A DNA stretch of 32,000 bases from assembly GCA_026988575.1 (NCBI GenBank), contig JALSKZ010000034.1, positions 27,067 through 59,066 of the forward strand, written 5' to 3'. The notes below the pieces were generated by a model. The model had not been told where the DNA came from. It searched no databases and saw only the letters and a list, made by a program, of their open reading frames with translations. Every line of letters begins with the position of its first letter. The first letter of the stretch is position 1. The position numbers and the translations under genes are program-made. The DNA comes from Thermodesulfobacteriales bacterium. Lineage in GTDB: Bacteria > Desulfobacterota > Thermodesulfobacteria > Thermodesulfobacteriales > Thermodesulfatatoraceae. Shown piece after piece: positions 18,161 through 26,407 of the stretch.

Positions 18161-18773
18161 AGGCCTTTTGGAGGAGCCTTTCTGCAGTCTCACAGATGAG
18201 ACGAGCCATTTCTTCCAATTTTATGCGCCTGTTGCGGGCTTCTTTACGTATAAAGGCCATGGCCTCTCCTTCTTTCATGCCGTAAGCATCCATGAGAAAA
18301 CCCTTGGCGCGGTCTAAATATTTGCGTCCGGCAAGTTTGGCCTTCAGGTCGGCCAGTTGCCCCTCCAGATGGTAGATTTCTTGGCCTATGGATTGGGCTA
18401 CCTCAATGGCGGAAACGAGCTCGGTGATGGATACAGGCTTTAGTAGATAACCCACTACGCGTGCTTCTTTGGCCTGTCGTAAAAAATCAGGATCGGCATA
18501 GGCCGTCAAGAGGACAATAGGGGTAAATCTTTGGTTGTTTATGGCCTTTGCCGCTTGGAGCCCGTCTAGCAAGGGCATTTTTATGTCCATGAGGATTAGG
18601 TCTGGATGAGTAGTGAGGGCAAGTTCAATGGCTTCTTTGCCGTTTTGGGCGATCCCTACAAGATCGTAGCCTTGCTCCTTGAGGGCTTCTTGGAGGCCAG
18701 AGAGAAACATCTCGTCGTCTTCAGCGATAAGAATACGTAGACGGGGGGTTTTATGTGTAGGGTGGTTAGCCAT
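18153..18773 (-). CDS. Response regulator with ANTAR RNA-binding output domain
   Basis: Receiver (RILIAEDDEMF...DLILMDIKMPLLDG...KP) plus ANTAR (RKYLDRAKGFLMDAYGMKEGEAMAFIRKEARNRRIKLEEMA). The start is set at ATG 18773 because the track's longer ORF reads through the tRNA gene. Confidence 0.85.
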   Translation of the reverse strand: MANHPTHKTPRLRILIAEDDEMFLSGLQEALKEQGYDLVGIAQNGKEAIELALTTHPDLILMDIKMPLLDGLQAAKAINNQRFTPIVLLTAYADPDFLRQAKEARVVGYLLKPVSITELVSAIEVAQSIGQEIYHLEGQLADLKAKLAGRKYLDRAKGFLMDAYGMKEGEAMAFIRKEARNRRIKLEEMARLICETAERLLQKASK

Positions 18774-18793
18774 CGTCCTAAAGGAACAAAATA

Positions 18794-18868
18794 TGGCTGG
18801 GGGACTAGGATTCGAACCTAGACCGGCGGGTCCAGAGCCCGCTGTCCTGCCGATTAGACGATCCCCCA
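18794..18868 (-). tRNA. tRNA-Gln (anticodon CUG), CCA encoded
   Basis: Hand-folded cloverleaf. Acceptor UGGGGGA/UCCCCCA (U1-A72), discriminator G73 and genomic CCA. D arm GUCU-AAUCGGCA-GGAC. Anticodon arm GCGGG-CUCUGGA-CCCGC. T arm CUAGG-UUCGAAU-CCUAG. Closely parallels E. coli tRNA-Gln. Position 37 is G rather than the usual A. Confidence 0.9.
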
Positions 18869-18880
18869 GCACTTTAGCAA

Positions 18881-18908
18881 AAGATACCTAATAGCTATAA
18901 GCTGTCAA
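18881..18908 (-). promoter_or_regulatory. Putative sigma-70 type promoter for tRNA-Gln (and possibly the ANTAR regulator)
   Basis: The minus strand reads TTGACA (18908..18903), a 16-nt spacer, then TATCTT (18886..18881). This ends 12 nt before the mature tRNA 5' end. Confidence 0.5.
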
Positions 18909-19041
18909 GCCTTTACCTTATGGTTTGTTCCCTATGGGATTCGCCCCTGTTAGGCCAACCTCAGTAAGGTGCCTTTCTCTTTCGTTTCTAGTCAGACAAT
19001 TTTGTCGGTGGGCCTACATAATTGTAATCGGGTCTTAAAAT

Positions 19042-19074
19042 AAAAAAGGCCTACCCCCAAGGGTAGGCCTTTTT
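19042..19074 (-). terminator. Bidirectional rho-independent terminator
   Basis: AAAAAA-GGCCTACCC-CCAA-GGGTAGGCC-TTTTT. A perfect 9-bp GC-rich stem flanked by an A-run and a T-run, 25 nt downstream of the stop of the 19099..19353 gene. Confidence 0.85.
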
Positions 19075-19098
19075 AGATCTAGCTCAAGACTTTAAGAT

Positions 19099-19353
19099 CT
19101 ACCTATGGATACGGTCTCTCAAACGATCACGCGTACGAAGCAAGTCTTTATCCTTATCGTGGAGTAAGAGACGATCACGATCTCTCAAAAGAGTGCGGTC
19201 GTAGGTACAGCTCTTGTCTTTTAAAAGGAGACGATCACGGGTTTGCAAACAATCTCCCCTCATGTTCATGGCCTTGCCGGCAAATACCGGAGTAGAAAAG
19301 AGGAAACCAGCTAAAAACACACCTACCATCCCTTTCTTCAATAATCCCTTCAT
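19099..19353 (-). CDS. Small secreted repeat protein (84 aa), unknown function
   Basis: ATG 19353 has GGAGG 6 nt upstream. Signal peptide MKGLLKKGMVGVFLAGFLFSTPVFA. The mature part consists of charged repeats TRDRLLLKDK / DRTLLRDRDRLLLHDKDKDLLRTRDRLRDR with two Cys. Followed by a strong terminator. Confidence 0.65.
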   Translation of the reverse strand: MKGLLKKGMVGVFLAGFLFSTPVFAGKAMNMRGDCLQTRDRLLLKDKSCTYDRTLLRDRDRLLLHDKDKDLLRTRDRLRDRIHR

Positions 19354-19432
19354 AGACAACCTCCTTCTTTAGTAATGGTTTTACTGGCTTAAAAAGCAAA
19401 CACTATGCCAAAAGAGGGGGAGGAGGCCCTTT

Positions 19433-21187
19433 TTAGGCCTGCAGGAGGATATTTTTATAGGCTTCGATTCCTTGACGAAGGAATTTTTCGTCAAGCACCC
19501 CGTGGGGAGAGACGGTCTTTAGGATCCTTTTGGGAATACGCAAACTTTCAAACGCAAAGCCCTCGCGCATTTTAAAGCGGTATTTACGACGCAGGATCTC
19601 CTGCCCCAGCTCCTTTAATTGATCAGGGGAGGTATCAAAACCTATAGCCCTTAAGGCCTGGGCAATGGGCTCGTATTTATAGATACTGCGGGCGAAGAAG
19701 CATACCACCAACGAGGAAAGGATCTGTCGGTAAGATTCTTCCTCAAAAAGAAGAGAGGCAAGCTTTTCCGGGCCCATCTGGGGTACGTCTAATTTTTGGT
19801 CGTAACTGTAGCCGGCGGAATCTAGATGACTGTGCCTGGCGCCGGTCAAAAAACCAAGGTGACATCCGTAGCCCGTATGGTACCCAGGCATTTCGTTTTT
19901 ACCAAAGGCCAGGGCAAAGTCTAGGCCCCCGTAATGGCTAGCCACCGATTCTACTCCCTGGCTCATCTTTTTATAGAATTCGTTGGCAGGGTAGGCCATA
20001 TGTCTTATCATTGCGCGGTAGACATCCACGTCTCCGAAAGAAGGGGCCAGGCCCAGGGTCTCTTTTTGGGTTATAAGCCCCTTTTCGTAGGCTTCGGTGG
20101 CCCAGGCCAGAACAACTCCTGCACTAATGGCGTCAAAGCCTAGATCATCCACCTGGGCCAAGATCTTTAATACGCCTTCTGCTTCGCCTACTCCGAGCAT
20201 GGACCCCAAGGCGTAGATGAGTTCATAGTCGTAGGATATAAACGAAGTCTTGTAAAAGTAAGGCTCATCTTCGTACGGGGTCCTCAAGGCCGCTAAGTGG
20301 ATACAGGCCACCGGGCAATGGCCACAGGCCAGACGCCGTCCCAGGAGTTTTTCCGCAAAGTATTCCCCAGAGATATAGGCAGCCTTTTCAAAACAAGATT
20401 CTTTTAGATTTCGGGTGGGGAGGCCCTTTTGGGCGTTTAATTTGAGCACGTTTACCGCGGTACCCAGGTCATGATATTTCTTTAGAGAATCGGTGTCTAA
20501 AATTTGCTTTAGCAAGTAGTCGTAACTTTGGCGATAGGCCTTTTTATCTCTTACAGGCAGACTCCTTTGTCCACTTATAATCAACGCCTTTAGTTTCTTG
20601 CTTCCAAATACTGCCCCCAGGCCCAGGCGACCAAAATGGCGATAGGTTTCCGTTACCACACAGGAAAAACTGGAGAGATTTTCTCCTGCCGGTCCTATGC
20701 GCAATATGCTTCTGGCCCCGGGCTTACCATGCCGTTCACGCAAAATACGACCTGTATCTCCTACCCCAAGGCCCCACAAGGCTCGCACGTCCATAAAAGC
20801 GACTTTTTCGGAAGAGATGCTTACCGCTACCGGGATGTCACTGGCCCCTTTGATGACCAGGGCCCCAAAGCCTGCCAAACGCAGGCTTATGGCGCTCCTA
20901 CCGCCGGCGTGGCTTTCTCCCAAGTTGCCGGTATGGGGAGATTTGAAAAGGGCCACGCTTTTGGAAGCCATGGGGTAAAACCCATTCAATGGCCCTACCG
21001 TTAAGATGATAGGGGCCTGGGGGCTTAAGGGATCTACCCCGGCCGGACATTCTTCCTCCAAGAGTACAGCCCCAACCCCTACTCCTCCTAAATATTTTTC
21101 AAATAACTCCGGTCGAGATTCGGTCCAAAAACGCCTTTTAGACAAGTCGATATACAAAACATGTCTTAAGGGGTCGTGTTCTAGCAT
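19433..21187 (-). CDS. aor: Aldehyde:ferredoxin oxidoreductase family (tungsten/molybdopterin) enzyme
   Basis: 584 aa. The N-terminus HVLYIDLSKRRFWTESRPELFEKYLGGVGVGAVLL matches the AOR N-domain pattern, and it sits next to a polyferredoxin. ATG 21187 has GGAGG 8 nt upstream and overlaps the ferredoxin stop by 7 nt. Confidence 0.85.
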   Translation of the reverse strand: MLEHDPLRHVLYIDLSKRRFWTESRPELFEKYLGGVGVGAVLLEEECPAGVDPLSPQAPIILTVGPLNGFYPMASKSVALFKSPHTGNLGESHAGGRSAISLRLAGFGALVIKGASDIPVAVSISSEKVAFMDVRALWGLGVGDTGRILRERHGKPGARSILRIGPAGENLSSFSCVVTETYRHFGRLGLGAVFGSKKLKALIISGQRSLPVRDKKAYRQSYDYLLKQILDTDSLKKYHDLGTAVNVLKLNAQKGLPTRNLKESCFEKAAYISGEYFAEKLLGRRLACGHCPVACIHLAALRTPYEDEPYFYKTSFISYDYELIYALGSMLGVGEAEGVLKILAQVDDLGFDAISAGVVLAWATEAYEKGLITQKETLGLAPSFGDVDVYRAMIRHMAYPANEFYKKMSQGVESVASHYGGLDFALAFGKNEMPGYHTGYGCHLGFLTGARHSHLDSAGYSYDQKLDVPQMGPEKLASLLFEEESYRQILSSLVVCFFARSIYKYEPIAQALRAIGFDTSPDQLKELGQEILRRKYRFKMREGFAFESLRIPKRILKTVSPHGVLDEKFLRQGIEAYKNILLQA

Positions 21188-21591
21188 TCTTGGGCCTCCT
21201 TTTCCCAGGAGAGCACGCCGTGGGGACAATAAGACGCGCAGGTCCCACAATGGATACACACCACAGGTTTATTGTTTTCGTTGTCCCAGAAGATGGCCCC
21301 TAAAGGGCAGGCTTCTTGGCAAAAGCCACAGCCAATACACCGTTGTGGCAAGAAGATTATCCCTCCGCCCTTACGCGGTTTTAGGGCCTGTGTGGGGCAC
21401 ACAGAAGCACAAGAAGGGTCTTTACAACCCCGGCACACCACCACCGTAAGCCCTCGGGAAAGGCCTCCTCGAGAACGCGGGTATATAGCGGCCTGCATCA
21501 CTCCTCCGAGGCCCAGACGCCTCTGACAGGCAAACATGCATAGCTGACAACCTACACAACGCTCTACGTCAACAACCTTAAGAAGGGCCAT
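21181..21591 (-). CDS. 4Fe-4S polyferredoxin (four Cys-cluster motifs)
   Basis: CVGCQLCMFAC, CRGCKDPSCASVCP, CIGCGFCQEACP, CIHCGTCASYCP. GGAG lies upstream of ATG 21591. Confidence 0.9.
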   Translation of the reverse strand: MALLKVVDVERCVGCQLCMFACQRRLGLGGVMQAAIYPRSRGGLSRGLTVVVCRGCKDPSCASVCPTQALKPRKGGGIIFLPQRCIGCGFCQEACPLGAIFWDNENNKPVVCIHCGTCASYCPHGVLSWEKEAQEC

Positions 21592-22606
21592 GTGAAACTC
21601 CTGAAATTTTTTGGGCTGGAGTTATGTTGAACAGAGAAGAAAATTCATTTTTCACCGCAGATTCTATCTCTTCTAGGGTGATGGGCTGGGTGCCCACCTT
21701 ACCTACCACTATACCAGCGGCTATATTGGCCAAGGTAACTACCTGGGGTAGGGGGAGACCGGCGCTGAAAAAGGCGGTAAGGGTTGATATGACCGTGTCT
21801 CCGGCACCAGATACGTCATAGACTTCGCGGGCCTGCGCCGGAAATATTTGTTTGTACTGGGGGTGGTGTAAATAAATGCCTTTGGGCCCCATGGTTACCA
21901 ACATAAAATCAAATTGATACTTAGCGCAAAGATGCGTACAAATGGAGGAGATATCTTGGTCATAAACCCCTTCAGCCCGGGCTACTTCGAAGAGTTCTTT
22001 GGTATTAGGTGTAATACAGGTGGCCCCTTGGTATCGTTTCCAATCCAGACCTTTGGGATCGACCATTACCGGTATTCCTTGGGCACGAGCCAGGCCTATT
22101 ATTTCTTGACAGAGCACCTCTGAGCGTAAGAGACCCTTGGCGTAATCTGAGAGTATGACCCCATTTAATTTTTTATTTTCAAACAAATTTCTGATCCCTT
22201 GCAGAAAGAGGACTATTTTGTCTTGAGAAAGAGGGTGTCTTTGTTCAGTGTCTATGCGTAACAACTGTTGGGCTGAGGCAATAATACGGGTCTTTACGGT
22301 GGTAGGCCTGGTTTCATCAGGGAATAAGGCCTTGACCCCGATGTTTTGTCTTTGAGCCAGGGCCTTTAGGTCTTCTCCTTCGTTGTCTCTTCCCACCAGA
22401 CCAGCCAATTCGACTTCAACCTTAAGCCCCTTGAGATTGGCCGCTACGTTGGCGGCTCCCCCTAGATTTTGGCTCACTTTTTGGAGGTCAAATACCGGCA
22501 CCGGGGCCTCTGGAGAGATGCGCTCTACGTCTCCCCAGAAGTACCGATCAAGCATTACGTCGCCCACTACCAGAAAGTTCAAGTCTGCAAGATATTTTTC
22601 AAGCAT
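21578..22606 (-). CDS. rfaE1: D-glycero-beta-D-manno-heptose-7-phosphate kinase (RfaE/HldE domain I only; PfkB family)
   Basis: The N-terminus [26 protein letters not shown]...[11 protein letters not shown] is the RfaE domain I signature. The C-terminal DVSGAGDTV is the PfkB motif. No adenylyltransferase domain is present. Confidence 0.8.
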   Translation of the reverse strand: MLEKYLADLNFLVVGDVMLDRYFWGDVERISPEAPVPVFDLQKVSQNLGGAANVAANLKGLKVEVELAGLVGRDNEGEDLKALAQRQNIGVKALFPDETRPTTVKTRIIASAQQLLRIDTEQRHPLSQDKIVLFLQGIRNLFENKKLNGVILSDYAKGLLRSEVLCQEIIGLARAQGIPVMVDPKGLDWKRYQGATCITPNTKELFEVARAEGVYDQDISSICTHLCAKYQFDFMLVTMGPKGIYLHHPQYKQIFPAQAREVYDVSGAGDTVISTLTAFFSAGLPLPQVVTLANIAAGIVVGKVGTQPITLEEIESAVKNEFSSLFNITPAQKISGVSHGPS

Positions 22607-23633
22607 GGCTTTCTGCTTCCGGGGACTTTTCGGCCACTTTCAGCCCGGCTAGTTCACGGATCTGTCGTTCTATGGTCTCGGCCAGTTCAGGCTTTTCACC
22701 TAAAAAGCGTCGTACGTTTTCACGCCCCTGGCCTAGGCGTTCGCCAGCGTAGGAATACCAGGCACCACTTTTCTCTACCACCCCTAATTTTACGCCCCAA
22801 TCTAAGATTTCGGTAAGGCGTGATATCCCCTCCCCATAGTAGATGTCAAATTCGGCTTCTTTAAAAGGAGGGGCCATTTTGTTTTTCACCACCTTTACCC
22901 TTACCCTATTACCCACGGCTTCTCCGTCCTGTTTTATGGTTCCAATACGGCGGATGTCCAGACGCAGGCTAGAGTAAAATTTTAGGGCGTTTCCTCCAGG
23001 AGTGGTCTCCGGACTGCCGTAACCCATCATGCCTATTTTCATGCGAATCTGGTTGATAAAAATTACCGCCGTTTGGGTCTTGGCGATGGCCGCGGTTAAT
23101 TTACGCATGGCTTGTGACATGAGTCGGGCTTGTAACCCAACCTGCATCTCTCCCATTTCGCCCTCGATCTCGGCCCGGGGCACCAGGGCCGCTACCGAGT
23201 CCACTACTATTATGTCTATCCCCCCGCTGCGTGCCAGCACTTCGGCAATCTCTAGGGCCTGTTCTCCGGTGTCCGGCTGAGAGACCAACAAGTCTTCCAC
23301 ATTTACTCCCAATTTGCGGGCGTAGTGTACGTCTAAGGCGTGTTCCGCATCGATAAAGGCGGCCACACCTCCTTCCTTTTGGGCCTCAGCAATGATGTGC
23401 AGGGCAAGAGTAGTCTTGCCCGAAGACTCCGGGCCAAAAATTTCGGTAATACGCCCCTTGGGGATGCCTCCGATACCGGTGGCCACGTCGAGTCCCAGGG
23501 ATCCACTGGGTATCACCGGCACTTCTATTTTAGTGGCTTCTCCCAGGCGCATTACGGTGCCTTTGCCAAACTGGCGTTCTAACTGGGAAATGGCCGCTTC
23601 AATGGCCTTGTTTTTGTCTATTTTGGTCGCCAT
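22599..23633 (-). CDS. recA: Recombinase RecA
   Basis: [16 protein letters not shown], Walker [22 protein letters not shown] and IVVDSVAAL are all canonical RecA motifs. GGAGG lies upstream of ATG 23633. Confidence 0.97.
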   Translation of the reverse strand: MATKIDKNKAIEAAISQLERQFGKGTVMRLGEATKIEVPVIPSGSLGLDVATGIGGIPKGRITEIFGPESSGKTTLALHIIAEAQKEGGVAAFIDAEHALDVHYARKLGVNVEDLLVSQPDTGEQALEIAEVLARSGGIDIIVVDSVAALVPRAEIEGEMGEMQVGLQARLMSQAMRKLTAAIAKTQTAVIFINQIRMKIGMMGYGSPETTPGGNALKFYSSLRLDIRRIGTIKQDGEAVGNRVRVKVVKNKMAPPFKEAEFDIYYGEGISRLTEILDWGVKLGVVEKSGAWYSYAGERLGQGRENVRRFLGEKPELAETIERQIRELAGLKVAEKSPEAESHA

Positions 23634-23721
23634 GAAACCTCCTCAAACACTCAAAGAGAGCTCTTAGGGTATTAAAATCAATATTAAACTTTAGCCAGAC
23701 TTATATTCAAACTCAAGCCGT

Positions 23722-24444
23722 TTACCGTCTACGTCGTCTTTCTTTGCGTATCTTTTTCCACGATAATTCTTTTTTTCGGCCTTTAGTAAGCTTACGATAC
23801 GGCATTTCTACGGGAGAAACAATAATTTCGGGTTCAGAAGGCTCCTTTTCCTTTTTTTCCTTTTTCGGCCGTTGGTAACGTTTTTTGAATTCTTCGTCTA
23901 CCACGGGGCCGTGGAGGGAGATAGCAGGCAACCAGGAGGCAAGGTATATTTTTTCTAAATAACGTTGGAAAATAGCACCTTGTTCCTGGGCCTTTCGCGA
24001 GTTTACCGTTATTACCAGGGCCCCGCGCCGACGGGCTATCCGTTGAATCAATTCTTTGTCGGGGCTAAGAACTATAGTTTCAGCCACCAGCCCTTCGGAA
24101 GATACTCTTATCCAGGCCCGGGGGCGTACAGGAGTATACATCTGGGTGGGGATCTCTTCGGCCAGGGCATATTCTAACACGGCGGGGTCGATAAATTCCG
24201 GTTTGACCCTAATGAGCCCTTCGTTGTCTCGATACTCAAAGAGATCTGGTTTAAAGATGAGTAAAAAGTCACGCAATTGTTTGAGCCGGAGCCCTTTAGT
24301 CCCTTCTTCTTCGATTAAGGCCTTGTGGAGATCCTTCAAGCGTACATAACCATCTTTGTCTAAGACCAAGCCGAATTCGTCTGGTCGGCGTCCCAATACA
24401 TAAAAGAGCAATTTCTCTAGCTTCTTCTGTTCTTTATTGGTCAT
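23722..24444 (-). CDS. KptA/Tpt1-like (RNA 2'-phosphotransferase fold) protein with substituted catalytic positions and a Lys/Arg-rich tail
   Basis: LEKLLFYVLGRRPDEFGLVLDKDGYVRLKDL parallels the Tpt1/KptA N-terminal motif (LS..LRH.PE..GL.LD..GW..v..L). The LRH position reads LGR, and I see no HGT motif. The C-terminal 50 aa are polybasic (KKRYQRPKKEKKEK...KKIRKERRRRR). ATG 24444 has GGAGG 7 nt upstream. Confidence 0.45.
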   Translation of the reverse strand: MTNKEQKKLEKLLFYVLGRRPDEFGLVLDKDGYVRLKDLHKALIEEEGTKGLRLKQLRDFLLIFKPDLFEYRDNEGLIRVKPEFIDPAVLEYALAEEIPTQMYTPVRPRAWIRVSSEGLVAETIVLSPDKELIQRIARRRGALVITVNSRKAQEQGAIFQRYLEKIYLASWLPAISLHGPVVDEEFKKRYQRPKKEKKEKEPSEPEIIVSPVEMPYRKLTKGRKKELSWKKIRKERRRRR

Positions 24445-24562
24445 GGTGATTCCTCCCAAAAAATTTTGAACATCTTTAAAAATATTTTTGAAGGAAATTT
24501 TGAAAAATTCGGCATTTAAAATCTTTACAAATTAAACCTAGTATTTAATGTAATCTTTAGAC

Positions 24563-24591
24563 TTGTCGATTTAATCAGAAAGTGTTAAATA
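24563..24591 (+). promoter_or_regulatory. Putative rpoD promoter (TTGTCG-N17-TAAATA with TGT extended -10)
   Basis: Read directly. The 11-mer AGTGTTAAATA (24581..24591) recurs identically upstream of rpsB (30215..30225). Confidence 0.45.
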
Positions 24592-24647
24592 CTACAGGTT
24601 CTAAAAAAGGCCAAAAACAGGTAACCCTAAAGGGTAGGTGAGAAACA

Positions 24648-25976
24648 ATGAAAAAAAGGAAAAACTTGCAAGAAAAACTCCTTGAGGCCGGTAAAGATGG
24701 GGCCATCACCTATGAGACTTTAAATGACCTCCTACCAGAAGACTTTGGAGACCCCAAAAAGATCGAAGAGATCTTCGATTTTCTTTACAAGCATAACATA
24801 GAAGTGCTAGATGAAAAGCAACTTTTTCAAAAGGGTCATCCTGAGTGGCCAGAACGTTCTCCCGAGAGGAAGATAGAAGAGGTAGTGGGGGCCACGGGTG
24901 AAGAGGAAGAAGCAGCGCCTGTAGTAGAATCAGAGGAAGTCACCAGTGCCTATCTCCGAGAAATGGGGAAATATGCCCTCCTTACCCCAGAGAGGGAGGA
25001 GAAGCTTTCTAAGATAATTAGGGGCGGTTTTCGTTTTATTATAGACTCCATTATGGAACATCCTTCCCGAGTGCCTGAAATGGAGGCCTTAAGGGAGCAG
25101 ATACGTCTTTGGAAGAAACGTGATCCAGGTCTTAAGCCCAAAAAGAGCCATTTGAATTACATGTTGCGCGAGGTGCGCAAGATTTACAAAAAATATCCCG
25201 AAGATCAATCTATCTTTGAACTGCTCCAGCAAATCGAGCTCCGTGCCCTAGAAGTAGAAAAGGCCAAAGACGAAATGGTAAAGGCCAATCTACGCTTGGT
25301 GGTCTCTATCGCTAAGCGTTATATGGGGCAGGGCCTATCGCTGGCCGATCTTATTCAGGAAGGCAACCTGGGCCTTATGCGTGCTGTTTTTCGCTTTGAC
25401 TACAGCAAGGGAAACAAGTTTTCTACCTACGCTTCCTGGTGGATAAGGCAGGCAATTACCCGTGCTATCCTAGATAAGACTAGGACTATTCGACTCCCGG
25501 TACACTTTTTGGAGTTGCGCAGTCAATTCTTCAAGGCCTTTTACGAATTGGTCAAGGAGCTTGGGCGTGAGCCGACTCCAGCGGAGATTTCTGAACGTAC
25601 AGGTATCCCCAGGGACAAAGTGTTGGCTATATTTGAGGCTTCAAGAGAACCAGTGTCGCTTGAATTGCCCATAGGCGATGAAGACAGCACTTTGGGAGAC
25701 TTTATCGAAAACAAGGAGAGCCCCTCGCCTTTTGAGCAGGTAAAAGATCGCGACTTGTCTGAGAAGGTGCGCAATCTCTTGTCTACCCTTTCTCCTCGTG
25801 AGGAAAAGATCATTAGGTTGCGCTTTGGTATAGGGGAAGATAGTGAATATACCCTGGAAGAGATCGGAAAGCGTTTTGGGGTCTCGCGCGAGCGTATCCG
25901 CCAGATCGAAAAAAAGGCCTTGTCCAGGCTACGCCAGATAACTAAAAAGGAACACTACAAATATTATTCTGATTAA
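24648..25976 (+). CDS. rpoD: RNA polymerase sigma factor RpoD (sigma-70 family, group 1)
   Basis: Region 1.2 YLREMGKYALLTPEREEKL, region 2 ANLRLVVSIAKRYMGQGLSLADLIQEGNLGLMRAVFRFDYSKGNKFSTYASWWIRQAI, and region 4 TLEEIGKRFGVSRERIRQIEKKAL. Confidence 0.93.
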   Translation: MKKRKNLQEKLLEAGKDGAITYETLNDLLPEDFGDPKKIEEIFDFLYKHNIEVLDEKQLFQKGHPEWPERSPERKIEEVVGATGEEEEAAPVVESEEVTSAYLREMGKYALLTPEREEKLSKIIRGGFRFIIDSIMEHPSRVPEMEALREQIRLWKKRDPGLKPKKSHLNYMLREVRKIYKKYPEDQSIFELLQQIELRALEVEKAKDEMVKANLRLVVSIAKRYMGQGLSLADLIQEGNLGLMRAVFRFDYSKGNKFSTYASWWIRQAITRAILDKTRTIRLPVHFLELRSQFFKAFYELVKELGREPTPAEISERTGIPRDKVLAIFEASREPVSLELPIGDEDSTLGDFIENKESPSPFEQVKDRDLSEKVRNLLSTLSPREEKIIRLRFGIGEDSEYTLEEIGKRFGVSRERIRQIEKKALSRLRQITKKEHYKYYSD

Positions 25977-25988
25977 AGCTACCCATGG

Positions 25989-26011
25989 TGCCCCCTCGTT
26001 TAGAGGGGGCA
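25989..26011 (+). terminator. 9-bp GC hairpin after rpoD (possible partial terminator)
   Basis: TGCCCCCTC-GTTTA-GAGGGGGCA, starting 13 nt after the rpoD stop. The trailing U-tract is poor (TCGCATATT) and the ftsB-like start is only 14 nt downstream. Confidence 0.4.
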
Positions 26012-26024
26012 TCGCATATTAGAG

Positions 26025-26342
26025 ATGAGCAAAAAGAAAAGGCCCATAGTTAACTATCAAGCCAGGTCTAGGTCAAAGAGAAGATCAAGGATTACGCTGA
26101 CACGTTTTAGACTTTTTGCCCTATGCCTAGGGTTGCTGTTTGTTGTATGTTTGGGACTGCATCTCTATTTTTCTTGGGAGCGAGGTCGCCTTTTGCAGGT
26201 TAAACAAAAACTCCTCTTGACTAACGCCACCCTTTCGGAAAAGATAACTCGCCTAAAGACAGATCCAAAGGCTTATGAAGAGGTCGCCCGTCAAAAATAT
26301 GGGTTGATAAAACCCGACGAGCGCCTCATTATCTTAGAATAG
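26025..26342 (+). CDS. Septum formation initiator family protein (FtsB/DivIC-like)
   Basis: 105 aa. Basic N-terminus, a single TM helix (LFALCLGLLFVVCLGLHLYF), a coiled-coil and the typical C-terminal motif DPKAYEEVARQKYGLIKPDE. Confidence 0.75.
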   Translation: MSKKKRPIVNYQARSRSKRRSRITLTRFRLFALCLGLLFVVCLGLHLYFSWERGRLLQVKQKLLLTNATLSEKITRLKTDPKAYEEVARQKYGLIKPDERLIILE

Positions 26343-26407
26343 TAATCATAGGCCGCAATTTTCCGTTATTTTAAAATAGGATAATACCCTTTAATAAGGA
26401 GGAGGGA

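Noticed and set aside
18774-18872. N-terminal 33 codons of track ORF 18153..18872 (MLGDRLIGRTAGSGPAGLGSNPSPP...)
   Set aside because: This stretch is the reverse complement of tRNA-Gln read as protein. The receiver domain starts cleanly at ATG 18773.
18794-19098. tRNA-Gln as an integration site for a genomic island
   Set aside because: There is no integrase, no phage or IS genes, and I noticed no direct repeat of the tRNA 3' end. The flanking genes look like ordinary chromosomal content.
20636-21449. Long + strand ORFs (122, 93 and 147 aa) antisense to aor and the ferredoxin gene
   Set aside because: They are shadow ORFs opposite strongly supported genes, with Pro/Arg/Gly/Ser-rich low-complexity translations and no SD. 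The same reasoning applies to 3856..4197, 7676..7984, 17738..18193, 22383..22816 and 23029..23667.
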